Assembly: GCA_026025795.1 (NCBI GenBank)
Contig: JAPEUG010000057.1
Location: 44,379-64,378 of the forward strand
Reading direction: 5' to 3'
Length of the DNA: 20,000 nucleotides
Source: Thelocarpon superellum
Taxonomy: Eukaryota
Position 1 is the first letter of the stretch; each line of letters opens with the position of its first letter. The position numbers and the translations under genes were made by a program. Shown here piece after piece: positions 19,234 to 20,000 of this stretch. Below the pieces are notes generated by a model, which searched no databases, was not told the origin of the DNA, and saw only the letters and a list, made by a program, of their open reading frames with translations.

Positions 19234-20000
19234 GGTGGTTGATGAACCTCTAGATTGATCCGTGAGGTGGAGACATGTATCTATGGTTTAAATGGAATGG
19301 GAATGACTGGGACACATGGTCGGTCGGGAGGTAGTTGTGGTCAACACTTCCAGCTTTGCGTCCGGCGAAATTACCAATGCAAGCCCGCACGCACACAAAC
19401 AAGCAGCAAAAAAGAACGTAAGATGCGATCGATGTAGCCACGCCACGATGCTGCTTATTCGTATCTGTTGCACTCGCTGCGCTACACTGCGCTGCGCATA
19501 CAAGAGAACCGTCGCTTCTCAATGAAGTTGTGTGTGTCGGCGGATGGAGTGGGTTCAACGTCAGCTTCAAACGGCCGTGCGATGCTCCGCAGGCACGGCC
19601 ACCATTTCACGTCCCGGTAGTGTTCAGTGCGAGAAGGAGAAAGTCGAATAAAATATTACCAACACGTCGATAATATATATCGTCCAATCATCAACCCTTC
19701 GCTGACGATGCTGCTTCCTCACTTTACACCTGTTCCTCTGCGCTACTCGAATTCGTGTATATATGTGAACATATTCTGAACGGCCAACGGGTCTCTTGCA
19801 GGTCACTTGATCCGATCGTTGTAAGTACCACTGTAACAAGACGTCGTAGGTTGTTCGTGTGATGCGAAGAACGAGCAAGTTGGAGAGGTGCCGTCTACCA
19901 TGATTGCACGTGGGGGTTTCGCTAGAGGGGCGAGGACGAACACAGTAGCCGGCCCTATTCGAGACTCTCACCCCATAATTCCTACGGCGTACGAGAGACC

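Overview
Gene-dense, GC-rich eukaryotic DNA from a filamentous ascomycete (Pezizomycotina-type GT-AG introns with CTRAC branch sites). Seven intron-containing housekeeping genes can be fully spliced by eye, in strictly alternating orientation: ADA1/HFI1 (SAGA subunit, +), PRP6 (U5/tri-snRNP splicing factor, -), DIM1 (18S rRNA dimethyladenosine transferase, +), HRP1/NAB4 (two-RRM hnRNP/CF IB, -), GYP1 (TBC Rab-GAP, +), DPB2 (DNA polymerase epsilon subunit B, -) and a NASP/Sim3/Hif1-family histone chaperone (+). I found no mobile element, RNA gene, CRISPR array or demonstrably new system. The best leads are regulatory: a 1,115-nt HRP1 intron with internal stop-introducing acceptor candidates, two stop-free in-frame introns (PRP6, HRP1), tandem micro-exons in GYP1, three bidirectional promoters each with its own motif cluster (G4-type repeat, CACGTG x3, ACGCG x5), and an unassigned ~300-codon minus-strand frame with a single internal TGA at the window start. 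Gene identities rest on recognised motifs, not on database searches.
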